64,000 nt of DNA, taken from assembly GCA_951406725.2 (NCBI GenBank), contig OX597825.1:32612001-32676000 (forward strand), written 5' to 3'. The notes beneath the pieces were generated by a model that worked only from the letters and a program-made list of their open reading frames with translations, was not told the origin of the DNA and did no database searches. Of this stretch, positions 28,892-41,797 are shown piece after piece (the first letter of the stretch is position 1; each line of letters opens with the position of its first letter). Made by a program: the position numbers and the translations under genes. This stretch comes from Octopus vulgaris. Lineage: Eukaryota.

Positions 28892-28921
<30 letters not shown>

Positions 28922-28922
<1 letters not shown>

Positions 28923-29080
28923 TCGACGGGCTTCTTTCAGTTTCCGTTTACTAAATCCACTCACAAGCTTTGGTTGGTCCGCGACTGTAGTAAAAAATAC
29001 TTGTCCGGGGTACTACTCAGTAGGACCGAATCCAGAACCTTGTGGTTAGGAAGGAATCTTCTTACCACACAGCCACGCCT
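28922..29080 (-). mobile_element. Family-B SINE 5' half (tRNA-like head)
   Basis: Minus gtggctgtgtggtaagaag...ggattcggtcc...gagtggattt; homologous to about 49800, 61005 and 62730. Confidence 0.8.
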
Positions 29081-30189
29081 GTTAAACAATTGAAATACTT
29101 CATCAAAAGTAATTTGTTTGCCTCCTTCAAATCATTAACATCTCGTATAGTTTACACTCAGACTAGGCTTCGCAAAAGAACTGCCCACGACCACCACCAC
29201 AGGCGAGCGGTACAGATGACAACGTCTCGCCTAACTTTGTTGAAGACGTTTCTTCTAATTGGAACCATTTATCAATGCCACGTTTCTTCATATCTACTTC
29301 CCTTTCATGAAAGTAGTACCTTAAACTTTCCTAAATTGAAGGCAGCTAGTTAAATTATTGCTCACCGATCTTAACATATAATTTATTTCTATTTGCCATT
29401 CTCAAACAAATACAGCTGTCGGAAACTAGTATATAATAGAAATACGTCTGTCGTTTGAATGCAGTCGAGCAGATTTTAATAAATACTGTACATTCAACTC
29501 GCTAAACTAAGTATTTTTTTCGATTTGGATGCAATATTTTATAACAATCACTGTCATATATATAAACAAGAAGAAGAAAGAAACGAGGAGTTACCAGGAT
29601 GGTGTTATTTCAAATATTTTCATTTAAAGAAAATCAACAGTTAACAGAATTTCGTGTACACTGATTATGATAATGATTTGCCAACCTTCCATTTATAGAC
29701 GCAGGTATGACCATCTTAAGACGATCTCGTCAAAACAATATTGTTCTTTGATCAATCCTACTATGCAGCAACTTTGGCAAGAGTTCATTACTATAACCTC
29801 ATGATGTGTGACAGATGTGAGGACAGTTCGGTTGAGAGAAATTCTGCCGGATGAATAGATACGTATATAGTTCTCCATCTTCACAGATGGTTGGCGTCTC
29901 TTTGTGGTTTTTCGTTGTCTGTAGCATTTCTGACTTTCCGCCCATAACCTCTCAGATGACAATTCAACCCCATTGCAGATCTACATGGTCTGAAGCATAA
30001 GAGACTGACGAAATTTGTATCTTACTGCGCGCTTTCAACTAGTTAGGTGGTCTCACGTCGCCAAATTCTTCCTCTGTCATAAGACACCATAGAAAGGCAT
30101 CTATACATCATTATATTATATTGATAAACGCTTCTACGACTCGAACAGCATTATCTGAGTCTCCGTGATTACCACCCAGCGACAGGCTG

Positions 30190-30590
30190 AAGTGTTGAAG
30201 TGTGTTGTTTTACAAGAGCTTTGTCCTACGAACAAAACCTTCATGAATTCGGATGTGAACTATGACCAGCTGGACGAATTAAATGCAGCGATGCACCACA
30301 AGCGTCCAACACTTGTTAATGTAAAGGGCATTGTTTTCCATTACGACAATGCCAGACTCTACACTTCTTTGCGTAAGCAGCAGAAGTTGCTGGGGGCTTG
30401 AGTTTTGCCGCACCCGACCCTGTTTCTCAGATTTCCACTTGATCCGGTCTCTTCAAAATTCATTCAATGGACACACTTTCACCTCTGAAGATGTTAAAAT
30501 TCACTTGGAAGATTTTTGTTGCCATTAAAAACAGGAAATTCTTTGAACATGGGATAATGAATCAGCGCACAAAATGACAGAGGATATCGT
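30190..30590 (+). mobile_element. Mariner transposase fragment
   Basis: YDQLDELN..KRPTLVN.KGIVFHYDNAR and SDFHLIRSLQN motifs. Confidence 0.85.
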
Positions 30591-30742
30591 TGAGATGACG
30601 AGCAATCACGTGGAACCGCAAGGTTTACTTCAGAATTTCCTATTCCTAGAAAGATGCTGGCAACAACGAGAATTCCTTCACTTTCCGATGTTTTGCAGCG
30701 GATCCTGACACCGACCAGCAGTATTTCTGCGTCCCCGCGCTT

Positions 30743-30802
<60 letters not shown>

Positions 30803-31105
30803 GGAGTGCCTGCGCTTATGTTTACACCTGTTTAATATGTGTGTGTGTGTGCGCGCGTGACTGTGCTTCTGTGCTTATGTGTATACACATACACACATAA
30901 ATATATCTGCGATGCCTGCGCTTAAGTTTCCACCCGTCAAAACAATCATGCTGTTTATATTACATCATTTTACACCCCGTTACTTACCACCAAACTTAAG
31001 TAGAGGATGACTTAAATAGAAGATTACAATAATTCTGAAATTGACTGTGCTCCAGCTTGACCACAGTCCAATGAACGAAGCCTAAAATTTCGTTTGTATA
31101 TGTAT

Positions 31106-31138
<33 letters not shown>

Positions 31139-31139
<1 letters not shown>

Positions 31140-32050
31140 TGGGTTGACCAATAGGTGCTTTCGATTTTTTTAAACGAGAATGAGACAAATTTTAAACACA
31201 TTCAATCAACGATATCATTATGGTTTCGTACCAATATCTTCTGTCAATTTGTGTGCAGATCCATTATTCCATATCCAAAGAATTTCCTGTTTTTATTGGC
31301 AACAAAAATCCTCAAGATGAATTTTTACATATTCAGAAGTGAAAGTCTGTCCATTGAGTGTATTTTAAAGACACCGGAACAAGTGGAAATCTGAGAGGCA
31401 AGGTCAGATGCGGCAAAACATCCCATTCAAGCCCCCAGCAACTTCTACGACTTACGCAAAGAAGTGTGGAGTCTGGCATTGTCGTGATGAAAAGCAATGC
31501 CTTTTACATTAGGAAATCCTGGACTCTTGTGGTGCATCGCTGCATTTAATTCGTCCAGCTGGTCATAGTTCACATCCGAATTCATGAAGGTTTTGTTCGT
31601 AGGACAAAGCTCTTGAAAAACAACACCCTTTCAATCGCACCAAATTGAAAACATAAACTTCTTCGGGTGAACTCCTGTTTTAGAGGTTGTTTGTGGTGGT
31701 TCGCCCTTCTTTCCCTATGGTCGTTTATGCTTCCTATTGTTATAGGCAATCTATTTTTCGTCGTCTGTGACCATTCCCTTAAAAAAAAAATGAATCGTTT
31801 TCTTCACATTTCTGCAACTAATCTCAGGGGAAAAATCTTTGGACAAGGTTAGTCTCATTCACTTAATGTAAAACTCAAACATGGAGCCTACTGACACAGC
31901 TAAGTTGATGCAGATGAATTTTAACACGTGATTTGGATATTTGAAGAATATTTACGATCTTTTCGACTAACTCCTTCTTTACCGATCAGAATCTTCAAAG
32001 CCACTTGAGTCCCTTCTCTAACTTACTATATTGCCTTTTTCATAGCCCCA
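31139..32050 (-). mobile_element. Decayed mariner element with one TIR
   Basis: TA-ttgggttgaccaatagg TIR-like end; inverted homology to 30190-30590. Confidence 0.8.
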
Positions 32051-33573
32051 AACTTTACAGAAATCTTTTCCAAACCTACAAATTTCATGCAGTCATACGT
32101 TCAAAAACTTCTCTTGTATCATAGGCCATTATAAAAATTGATTCTTTCAGCATACATGGTCGCTCAATCAACTAGAAATGACAGCCAACTTTATTCAAAT
32201 TTGCACCCTACAGTCATCAAAACAAGAGAGAGAATGTTTTGATAGTGTTGTCCTGGACAGCCGTAAGCAGCACGTGATTGTCGAAGCTGGAACGCCTTTG
32301 ATCATATTTCTGTTCGATCATGTTTGACGTAAATTTAGACTACAGCAACGACCACAGCAACAACAGTAACAATAATAATGAGATGATGAATAATGCAAGT
32401 GTAAATTAATAAATATATATTTTTCTTTGGATGCGACGTATTAGATCCCTTGAGGCATCAGTTTTCGCTGTTATTGTTTCACACGTTCTGTAGTGTTCGT
32501 TACCGTTAAAAGTACAAGTGCCTGTGCAAAGCTTAGCTATCTATTTGCTAATTCAATAAACAAAGAGTTCAGTTGATCAAATAACTGAGTACAGTGCAAT
32601 ACAGTACAGCTATCTGGGGCAGACGCGAACGAGTGACTCGTTGCCCTACATTATGCTTTCACTAATAGTTTTAAGGGGTTACATAGTTTCAGCCAGAGAG
32701 GGAAAAGCCTTCAGCCCATTCACCCTCTAACAGCTTGAGGGAAGGACAGAGAGAAAGAGAGAGTGAGTATGAGAGAAAGGAATGGAAAGAGAGAGAAAGA
32801 GAGCTGTACTTGCAGCTAGCTGGTACTTGTCTGCGGCTTAATTACACTGGATCAACGTGAAATGAAGTACCTTGATCAAGAACATAATGCATCGCATGGT
32901 CTCCGGATTGAATCCACGGCTTTCAGGACATGAGCTGAGCATCCTAATCATAAAGCCACGCGCTGGCACAATTAACTGAATAATTATTGTGGAAACCGTA
33001 GGAGATTCATTGACTTTTACTTTATGGGGTTAAATATTAATCCCCACTCACATCTCAACCATTTTTTACAATAACTTGCTCGAGAGCCATATCGATTATT
33101 TTATGGAGCTTCAGCGTAGTTAGTAAGCCTACTTAAAACAACTGTAAGCTCTACTACGCACCACTCGCGACGATCTTAAAAACGGAACGCCATATTTGAT
33201 AATGTAACTCATGATACACTACCTCTTAAAAAGAAAATCGGAATGGTCACAACTAGAATTACTTTGATTATAGATCTGTTCGATTTGGACTGATCGGATA
33301 CTACCTCAACGATCCACAGAAAGTTCATATCTTTCTATTTTTATTTATATTTTGGATTCTTTCGCTTAATTCAAAATTAGTGCTAAAGGACCCGACGCAA
33401 ACACGCTCCAGGAATCGAACACACGACCTTATGATAGTGAGGACAGATATATTTTTTATACATACATACATACATATATATATACTTTTACATATATAAT
33501 ATATATATATATATATATATACACCATAGGGCAGCGATATCAACTATCAAGCTACCTAAACCTTTTTACGCAA

Positions 33574-33613
33574 ATTTCCTGAAGAAGTGGTCCTAAACCT
33601 AAAATGTTGAAAT
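33574..33613 (+). ncRNA. Decayed hammerhead-like motif
   Basis: atttc-CTGAAGA-agtggt(cctaa)acct-aAAAtgtt-gaaat: 5-bp stem I; cgaaacgtt eroded to taaaatgtt, consistent with CpG decay. Confidence 0.4.
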
Positions 33614-33974
33614 ACCAGATTATCTTGGCTTAATAGTTTGGCACAAGGCCAGCGGTTTCGGGGAAGGTAATACGATTATATCAACTCAAGTGTTCAGCTC
33701 GTACATATTATAAGGATCCCGAAAGGATAACGGGTAAAGACAACCTCAGCGAAATTTGAAGTCAGAACGTAAAGACGGACGAATCACTGCTAAGAATCTT
33801 ACTCATCGAGTTAACGATTCTGCCAGTTCATCGCCTTAAAACCAAGTAATATTACTAAACGTTGACCTGTATTATTAATTTTAATAACTTGTATTGCTCT
33901 TTGTTGGCTTTAAATAGAATATCTAAAACATTTCTATATATCAGACAATGGCTTATATATATATATATATATAT

Positions 33975-34192
33975 AACACCTTTCAAAATGTGACCTCGTG
34001 TGTACCGTTGGCGATTTTTTTTCCTCTGTCTTCCCTTCTCTGGATCTTGCCTTCTCCTATGTTTCCGACGAAGAGCTCCGCTCGAAACGTTAAACCCTCC
34101 TTCTTTCCTTCTTTCCTGAGCGTCCAATAATACTATATTTGTTCCACGTCCTCGCGTTGTTGTGTTTTTTTTGTGCTTTCTTGTTTGGATTA

Positions 34193-34196
<4 letters not shown>
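33975..34196 (+). mobile_element. Short (TA)n-flanked element carrying a hammerhead-like motif at 34061-34095 (Penelope pLTR-like)
   Basis: gttt-CCGACGA-a-gagc(tcc)gctc-GAAA-cgTT-aaac; (TA)n on both sides. Confidence 0.65.
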
Positions 34197-34234
<38 letters not shown>

Positions 34235-35832
34235 GAAATGGAGAAAACCACATGTTAACCAACACATCTGTTGGACCACATTTATAGCTTATTTTTAATA
34301 CAAAGCATGACAATAGAATAGCTGACGTAACATATCTTATGGCCGTTACTGATCATATTGCCAAAGTGTAGGCTATACATAAATGCGAGATAAAATTCCT
34401 CATCTTCATAGAGCATTCGAATTAAGGCAACGAATCTTCATCAGAGTGAAAAACAAGAGCATATAATGTAAACAAAAGGAAGAAGGGAAAAAAAAGAAAA
34501 CATGGCTTGGACAAATAGTCTAGAAGTCTAATATGTGAAGAGCAAATAATGATTTACCATCAGAGCTATAGGGTCGGTAGGTAAAAGAGTGAGCTAGTAA
34601 AGGTATAGCGAATACTAAAATTTATTAACGGATAGGTGCAATTTTAAGGATAGGGGCTCATGGTGTTTAAGAAAAGAAGTTATCAAGAAACGATATATAA
34701 AGAAAATACTAACATGATTATCAAAGGACAGTACCTATGCTACCAGAGTAAACTCTAGTAAAAGTAAACAATTATCGTAGAGAGCTAAAGAAAAAAAATT
34801 ACTCAAAGAAATTAATACGGTGAATCCCACCTATAATCCACAATGGGACAAGTCTAAGTTCAGCGATCTCTAGAATTGGTCAGTTACAATTTGAACCGGG
34901 ATCATAAGTTAAAACCGTTATAAATGATTAGTTTATGAATTAGACAAGAAAAGAAAAAGAAACGAGGAATAAGTCAATGCATAGATACTGAGGGCCGTAT
35001 ATGGTGTGCCTGCACACCATTGCCTGAGGATAATACAGGTAACGAATACCGATAGTATATACGGATATCTTATCCCTTACTCGGTTACTATAACCGCTCT
35101 AAAGTAAGAGACGAGCTACGAAAAAGTATCTCTTACTAATAATAATAATAATAATAATAACGATAATTTTGGCACAAAGCCAGCAATTCCGAGGGCGGGG
35201 TGAGCCGATTACATCGACCCCAGTGTTTGACTGGTACCTATATTATCGACTCGAAAGGATGAAAGGCAAGGACGAACTCGGTGAAAGTCAGATCGGAAAA
35301 GTTCATACGAATCGGCGCCAAGCATTTTTCCAGGCGTCTTAACAATTTTGCCAGCTCGCCGATTTACATAATGATAATGGTGATGATGATGATGATGATG
35401 ATGATGATGACGATGACGATGATTTCAAACATATGCATTATTTCACATCTACAGATATTTTCAGTAAGAAAATAGTCGAAGCACTTGACTTGTAAATATT
35501 TTATCGACCCAGAATTTAGACGAAGGTAACTCGAAGGCTGGTGATGTTGGTGGTGTTTGTGCTGGCGAAGCTGGGGAGGGTTAACACACAACGTAATGGT
35601 AGGTACTTAAATGCTGCAAGCAATTTCCTAATGTCTTTATTTACAATATAATTCTTACTTAAATATTTAATTTAATAAATATTGATTTTTATTTCTTTAT
35701 TTTTACCATAACTGAAATACGAACAATTTACATTAGATTTCTGTTACAAGTGGAAATATTTTGGTGTCTAAATACACAAGCAGGAAATGCAAATAAGAAA
35801 TTGAGAAATATGACAAAATTATATAGAGTTAA

Positions 35833-35933
<101 letters not shown>

Positions 35934-36061
35934 ACACACACACATATACACACGCATATCAAGTAAATGGATTCTCCGTCAATCTCGACGGTGACTGTTC
36001 CAGACGTTCGATAAACTGAACTGCTTGTATATTAAATAGCAATATAAACGAGTGTATGTAT

Positions 36062-36114
<53 letters not shown>

Positions 36115-37095
36115 ATATATTCATGTATGTATGTATGTATGTATGTATATTAGTATATGTGAATGTTATTATTCAGTTTCTCAAGATTTCTTGTCAATAG
36201 AGAAAGAACCGATTTTGGAACCAAGATCTTGCTTACATGTACGTATAAACATATATATATTTCATCTGGTTAGTCTGTTGGAGTATTTCAACTGATCAAA
36301 ATGTAAACTCTGTAATGTCCATTTTACCCTGAAAATTTTCCACCCAAGATATTCAAAATGCAACTTATATTATCATACGTTAGTAATTTAAATTGGGTGT
36401 GAAGTGAAACAATTGTAGGCAATGTTAATTAATTAATAAATCAATTTATATCCGTTGAATCTCTCCCTTTTCAAACTTATTAATGTATGTGTCTGCGTGC
36501 GTGCGTGCGTGTGCGTGCATGTGCGTGTGTATGTGTGTGTGTGCGTGTGTATACTGGCTAAAAAGCTGCAATCTGTGCAGACTTTTGAGCTCGCTACTCC
36601 GGAGGGATAACTAGGTTGCGGTCCAAAACTAATGAGGGTTAATAACATGACTATAATACGGCTATAATGACTATATGCCCCTGCGGTATTTCATCAGAGG
36701 TTAAGGACGGATGAAAATAAATTTTCTAATGCAATCATTCTATTGTTCCAGTCCCAAGTTGAATTCCAAATGCTGGTCAATCAGTCCCCAAGTCTTTATC
36801 TCGACGTAAAACTATCGAAGTGAAGGTCATTTGTCCCCCACCTCTTGATCTCTGATGACATCTGACAAGCGTCAACCAAGATGGCGTGAATCAGCCAAGC
36901 TTTTCCTACTAGAAATAGCAACGCAAATGCTTTTACATTAGATCCCAATGCTGGATGTTCAAGAACCAAATGAAGGGCAGATTTTTAATCCCGGGATCAT
37001 CCTGATTCCCAAAAAGTTATAATATATCTATGTACAGCAAATGTAGACTGAGGTACAGGGTCCCAAACAGACAGATAGAATTTCATATATATATA

Positions 37096-37392
37096 TATAA
37101 ATTAAATTAGAGATAAAACCACTATTAGGCAAATCAAACAATGAAAGACATAAACCAAAACATAAAAATAAATATAATTAATATAATATACAAAATATAC
37201 AAAATTTAAAATTTATATTATTTAAAAAATTTTAATTAATTAAAAATTGAAAATTAAAATTTTTTAAATAATATAAAATTTTAAATTTTATATTTTGTAT
37301 ATTATATTGATTATATTTATTTTTATGTTTTGGTTTATGTATTTCACTGTTTGATTTGCCTAATAGTGGTTTTATCTCTAATTTAATTTATA
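37096..37392. repeat. About 297 bp near-perfect AT-rich palindrome
   Basis: agagataaaaccactattaggcaaatcaaaca ... tgtttgatttgcctaatagtggttttatctct; arms about 140 bp. Confidence 0.92.
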
Positions 37393-37457
37393 CTTATACT
37401 GTGACATTTGATTTAATCCTAAATCTAATTTTTCCCTGTAAGTTTGGATTTACTCCC

Positions 37458-37561
<104 letters not shown>

Positions 37562-37567
37562 GGAGAA

Positions 37568-37626
<59 letters not shown>

Positions 37627-38419
37627 TAAAGGGTAAAGACTAAATGATTGTCCCTAGAATTTTCCCCTTCGACGTACAAGACAGGGGAAGGTTGTTTTGT
37701 GGAAGCTGTAAAGTACATCATATTTGTCAAGCATATTAAAAGTGGAGAAATAAGTAATATCTAAATTCATTTCGATTATATTTCACAATAGTTTTGATTA
37801 AATGGCAGGATTTCGAAAGAATTTTTGAAATTTATTACCTGTATTTCAAATATGCTGAGTTACACCGTGGAATTTCCACGGGTCTCGCTAGTTGTCATCA
37901 GCGTCTAAGTCGCTGTTTTCTCCTTTTTTTTTTCTCTGATCCATTTTTTCCTGTTGTGATGTTGTTGCTCTAATCAGCTCCCATTATTTATGCACGCGTG
38001 CGCGCGTGAGCATGCATGTGTGCGTGTGTATCTATATATTCGTGTGTTGTTTACATTAGTAGAGCAGTCAGTAAAACTGCATGTCTTTTGTTTATTCTTT
38101 CTCCTCATAACAATATTTTTCTTCCCTAAATGGAAATATTTCTCACAATAACTACTATAATTAGCTCCATAATAACTTTACTGAAAATGTATTTCTGTGC
38201 TGAGAACAGAAGCAAATAACAAAATTATAAAATTCTTCCACCAAATAGGGAAGTTATCAAATTAGTTCTCCTCCTTCTTGCTACATATGTTAGCATTGAA
38301 CGAACTCGACGTAATCCAACATGCGTTAGAAACTAAACAACGAGAAGAGCTTTAAAACGAGTCTTTACACAACAATAATTACATGAATAACGACAACCAT
38401 ATTATTTTTTTCTTCTACT

Positions 38420-38730
38420 ATAGATAAAGTCGACCACGGCGGAATTTGGGCTCAGAACGTAATGACCGACGAAATACCGTTATGCATTTTGCCCGGCGTG
38501 CTAAACATAGAGGGGAGAAACAAGGACAGAAAAACGGATTAAGTCGATTACATCGACCCCAGTGCGTAACTGGTACTTAATTTATCGACCCCGAAAGTCG
38601 ACCTCGGAGGAATTTGAACTCAGAATGTAACGGCAGACGAAATACTGCTAAGCATTTCGCCCGGCGCGCTAACGTTTCTGCCAGCTCGCCGCCTTCGGCG
38701 TGCTAACGATTCTGCCAGCTTGCTGCCTTA
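38420..38730 (-). mobile_element. Young family-A SINE (38505-38695) nested in an older family-A head
   Basis: 11-bp duplication cggcgtgctaa at 38494-38504 and 38696-38706. Confidence 0.9.
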
Positions 38731-39227
38731 ACAACAAGAATAATAATGAATTCTAATTTAAACTGATTACCAGTAATTTTCAATGGGAAAAGCTTAGTCA
38801 ACACCATCGATCCCAGTACTTGATTGGTACTTTATGCTATCGACCCTGGAAAGATTAAAGCACCGTTGACATCGACGACTTCCGATATTCTAGCAATTCT
38901 GTTTGTCCACCGTTTTATTTCTCAGTTTAATCGACTCCCCATCTTCATTCCTCGAATTTATGAAAAGCAAAGCTGACCTCGGCCGTATTTGAACTTAGAA
39001 CACACATCTGGAATATACAAATGCTAACACTTCTCTATGTCTTCTGTTTTGTATTTCTGCTTATTTATTTACCCCAAACGAAGCGAAGCAAAGCTTACTT
39101 CGGTGGTATTTGAACTTAGAGAAGTAAAAATAAAATGGAACAAATATCGCAAAACATTTCCTGTAACCCTTTAAACGCTTCTATTCATTTGGCACCCTAT
39201 TTTTCACCGCATATCTTTAATTTGTGA

Positions 39228-39520
39228 AGGTACATAGCCTACATAGCATGTTGCACTCGCGATCTCTAGATCGTGGGTTTGATTTACGAACCAAGCGGCG
39301 TGTTGTGTTCTTGAGCAAAACCCTTCATTTCACATTGTCCGAGTCCCCTCAGCTGTAAAAGAATCACCCTGCGACGGAATAGCCTTCTGATCAGGCGAAT
39401 GTTGACCTGCTCGCTAAGCCACCAGGGTGACATCACTCGGAAGCTAAAACGATGCAAAACGCACTGTGATCAGCGATGTATAGCAACATCCGTTAGTTTA
39501 GGCGATCACATGATCAAGTG
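39228..39520 (+). mobile_element. Family-C tRNA-derived SINE (CORE-like segment), degenerate
   Basis: gtgttcttgagcaaaac..cttcatttcac motif shared with 41078-41334 and 59190. Confidence 0.7.
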
Positions 39521-40184
39521 ATATTTTCATGTAATATATATATAACCCTTCGTTCTTAATGGACAACTAACCCCCATTATTTATTCCTAATGACAAGCGG
39601 TCAAATACCCCTCCCCCAGTATTTATTCCTAATGACATGTGCATAAGGACTGATTCAAACTCAATGTCAGTTTTAATTATTTCATTCTAATTTACTTTAA
39701 TTGTTAATATTTTCACCAGCAACATTTCCACATTACTCTGTTAGAACCATTTGTTTATTTATTGATGGATTCTACTGATTACGAATAGTTAATTAGAAAA
39801 TACAGACATTTGATTAATTAATTAATAAAATATTTATTTTTATCTCTCTTTTGATTAGTGAAGACGCGATATATTCGTGTTGGACTACCAACTCATAGAT
39901 ACTCAGTAATATTGTATAGCAGACGTGTTGTTGTTAATTTCGGTAAAACACTACAGTCTACATGTTTAAGTTCACCTAGGTGTAGCAAAATGTACCGCAT
40001 CATCTATGTGTCCTATGTTGGAACAGTTTATCTTTTAACTATGAAACATAATTACATTGGAGTTGAACACCAGCACTTACAACCCTGGGAATATTTGGCT
40101 TGGCACAATTAATGCAAAGAGGTGTATTTAACATATATAGCAATAAATTGGCTGACACTTCATTGCTTTTAATAATTCTTAGTT

Positions 40185-40620
40185 TTGGCACAAAGCCAAC
40201 AATTTTAGGGAGAACGGTTGGTTGATTACATCAACCCTTGTATTATCTGGTACTTATTTTATCGATTCAGAAAGGACGAATGACAAAGTCGACCTCGGCG
40301 GAATTTGAACTCAGAACGCATTGTGTCAGAAGAAATGCCGTTAATCATTTGTCTCACGTGTTAACGATTTTGCCTTCACGCCGCCTTGGTGATATTAACA
40401 ATAACGGAAATGCAGTGGCCAGGCAGAATCGTTAGCATGCCGGACAAAATGCTCAGCGGCATTTCTTCTGGCTTTACGGTCGGAGTTCAAATATCACTAA
40501 GGTTGACTTTGCCTTTCATCCTTTCTGGATTGATAAAATAAGTACCAGGTAAGTGCTGGGGTGGATGAGATCGACTTTCCCCTTCCCTCAAAATTGCTGG
40601 CTTTCATCCAAAACAAGAAA
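40185..40620. mobile_element. Two old family-A SINEs in inverted, head-to-head orientation
   Basis: Minus copy about 40185-40388, plus copy about 40415-40620. Confidence 0.82.
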
Positions 40621-41077
40621 GATTATTAAGAGTACCAATCAATGTAACAATATTTTCTGAATTAATATCAGAATTTCAAACGAAATCTAACATATTATTA
40701 TTATTATTTTGTTTTAAACAACAAATTATATCCACCAACCACAGTCAAAGAACTACAAGAAAAGCAATTAAAGCGACAGGAATAAGAAAATCAACTTCAG
40801 TAAAAACGACTGCAGCAATGATTTTTAAAAAAGAATGAAACAGGAAGTTGTGATGTTCATGATTGGAGTTATCCAACGCTCCATTAATTCTGTTGGATAT
40901 TAGCTGATATACCTGAATAGACATGTATCCGACGGTCTCTCGTACAATTTCTGTCTACTTAAATCTTTCGATACCCTGGTCAACAAATGCTATGATAAAA
41001 GACACCAAATTTCACTCGCAGATCTCTAAAGACTTTGGGCCAAGTAAAGATCTTTGCTTGACCTAAATCACTTGCTA

Positions 41078-41334
41078 ATTCCTTCTCCTTCTCGAGCCAT
41101 GCCAGGCTTATAAAGGCTGGTTTCCCGGTTTCAGTGGCGTAGAAATTCCTCACCTGGACGGGACGCCAGTCCGTCACAGGATTACTCATTTTTGCCAGCT
41201 GAGTGGACTGGAGAAACGTGAAATGAAGTGTTTTACTCAAGAACACAGCGCATCACCCAGTCCAGGAATCGAAACCACAACCTTACGATCATGAGTTCAA
41301 CACCCTAACCACTAAGCCATGCGCCTCCACACTT
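41078..41334 (-). mobile_element. Full-length family-C SINE with 12-bp TSD
   Basis: Head ggaggcgcatggcttagtggttagg...ggtttcgattcc (A/B boxes); TSD aatcacttgcta at 41066-41077 and 41335-41346. Confidence 0.9.
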
Positions 41335-41655
41335 AATCACTTGCTAGAGAAAGGTTTAACTCTAATTCCGTTAACGTTGTGGAAACTGGAGTGGAGCACT
41401 GGAGTGTTGATTCAAGTTGAAATACGATGTGTCTTGAACCATTTGTTCCAGCTCTCTACGCCTTGACTTCAAATCCTTTCAAGGTCAACTTCGCCTTTCG
41501 TCCTTTCGGAGCCCTTAAACAGTATTTGTCAAGGATACTGACGGACGCAACTGTCAGACTATTAGACAAGGATGTCTTGTGATATCCGTTTCAATTGTTT
41601 GTACTCGGAGTTATTGGGTGGAAAACTCAATCCATTGTTCAGTTAATACCCCTAC

Positions 41656-41797
41656 CTTGTCCTTTGATGTCTTTAGAAGAATACATATTGTTGCGAGGAT
41701 TCTGGTCAGTGCTCTGCTTTGAGAATGAGTTTGTCGCATCATTCTTGGTCTCGCAGGCCTTGAAAAACAAAGGCTCGTGGGTACTGCTCTTCTCTTC
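41656..41797 (-). CDS. Candidate internal coding exon (142 bp): EEKSSTHEPLFFKACETKNDATNSFSKQSTDQNPRNNMYSSKDIKGQ
   Basis: Acceptor ttttgtttgtttttgctgtttaatCAG|G, donor AAG|GTAGGG, open frame from phase 0 to phase 1, unique sequence. Confidence 0.5.

Noticed and set aside
34400-34448. Additional minus-strand hammerhead (CTGATGA...GAAT)
   Set aside because: GAAA box altered and no stem I or III pairing.
37635-37705. Phase-1 minus exon after tactttacag (STKQPSPVLYVEGENS)
   Set aside because: No credible donor before the frame runs into microsatellite.
41250-41330. tRNA gene (also about 59190 and the family-A heads)
   Set aside because: A/B boxes continue into SINE bodies with TSDs; no complete cloverleaf was seen.
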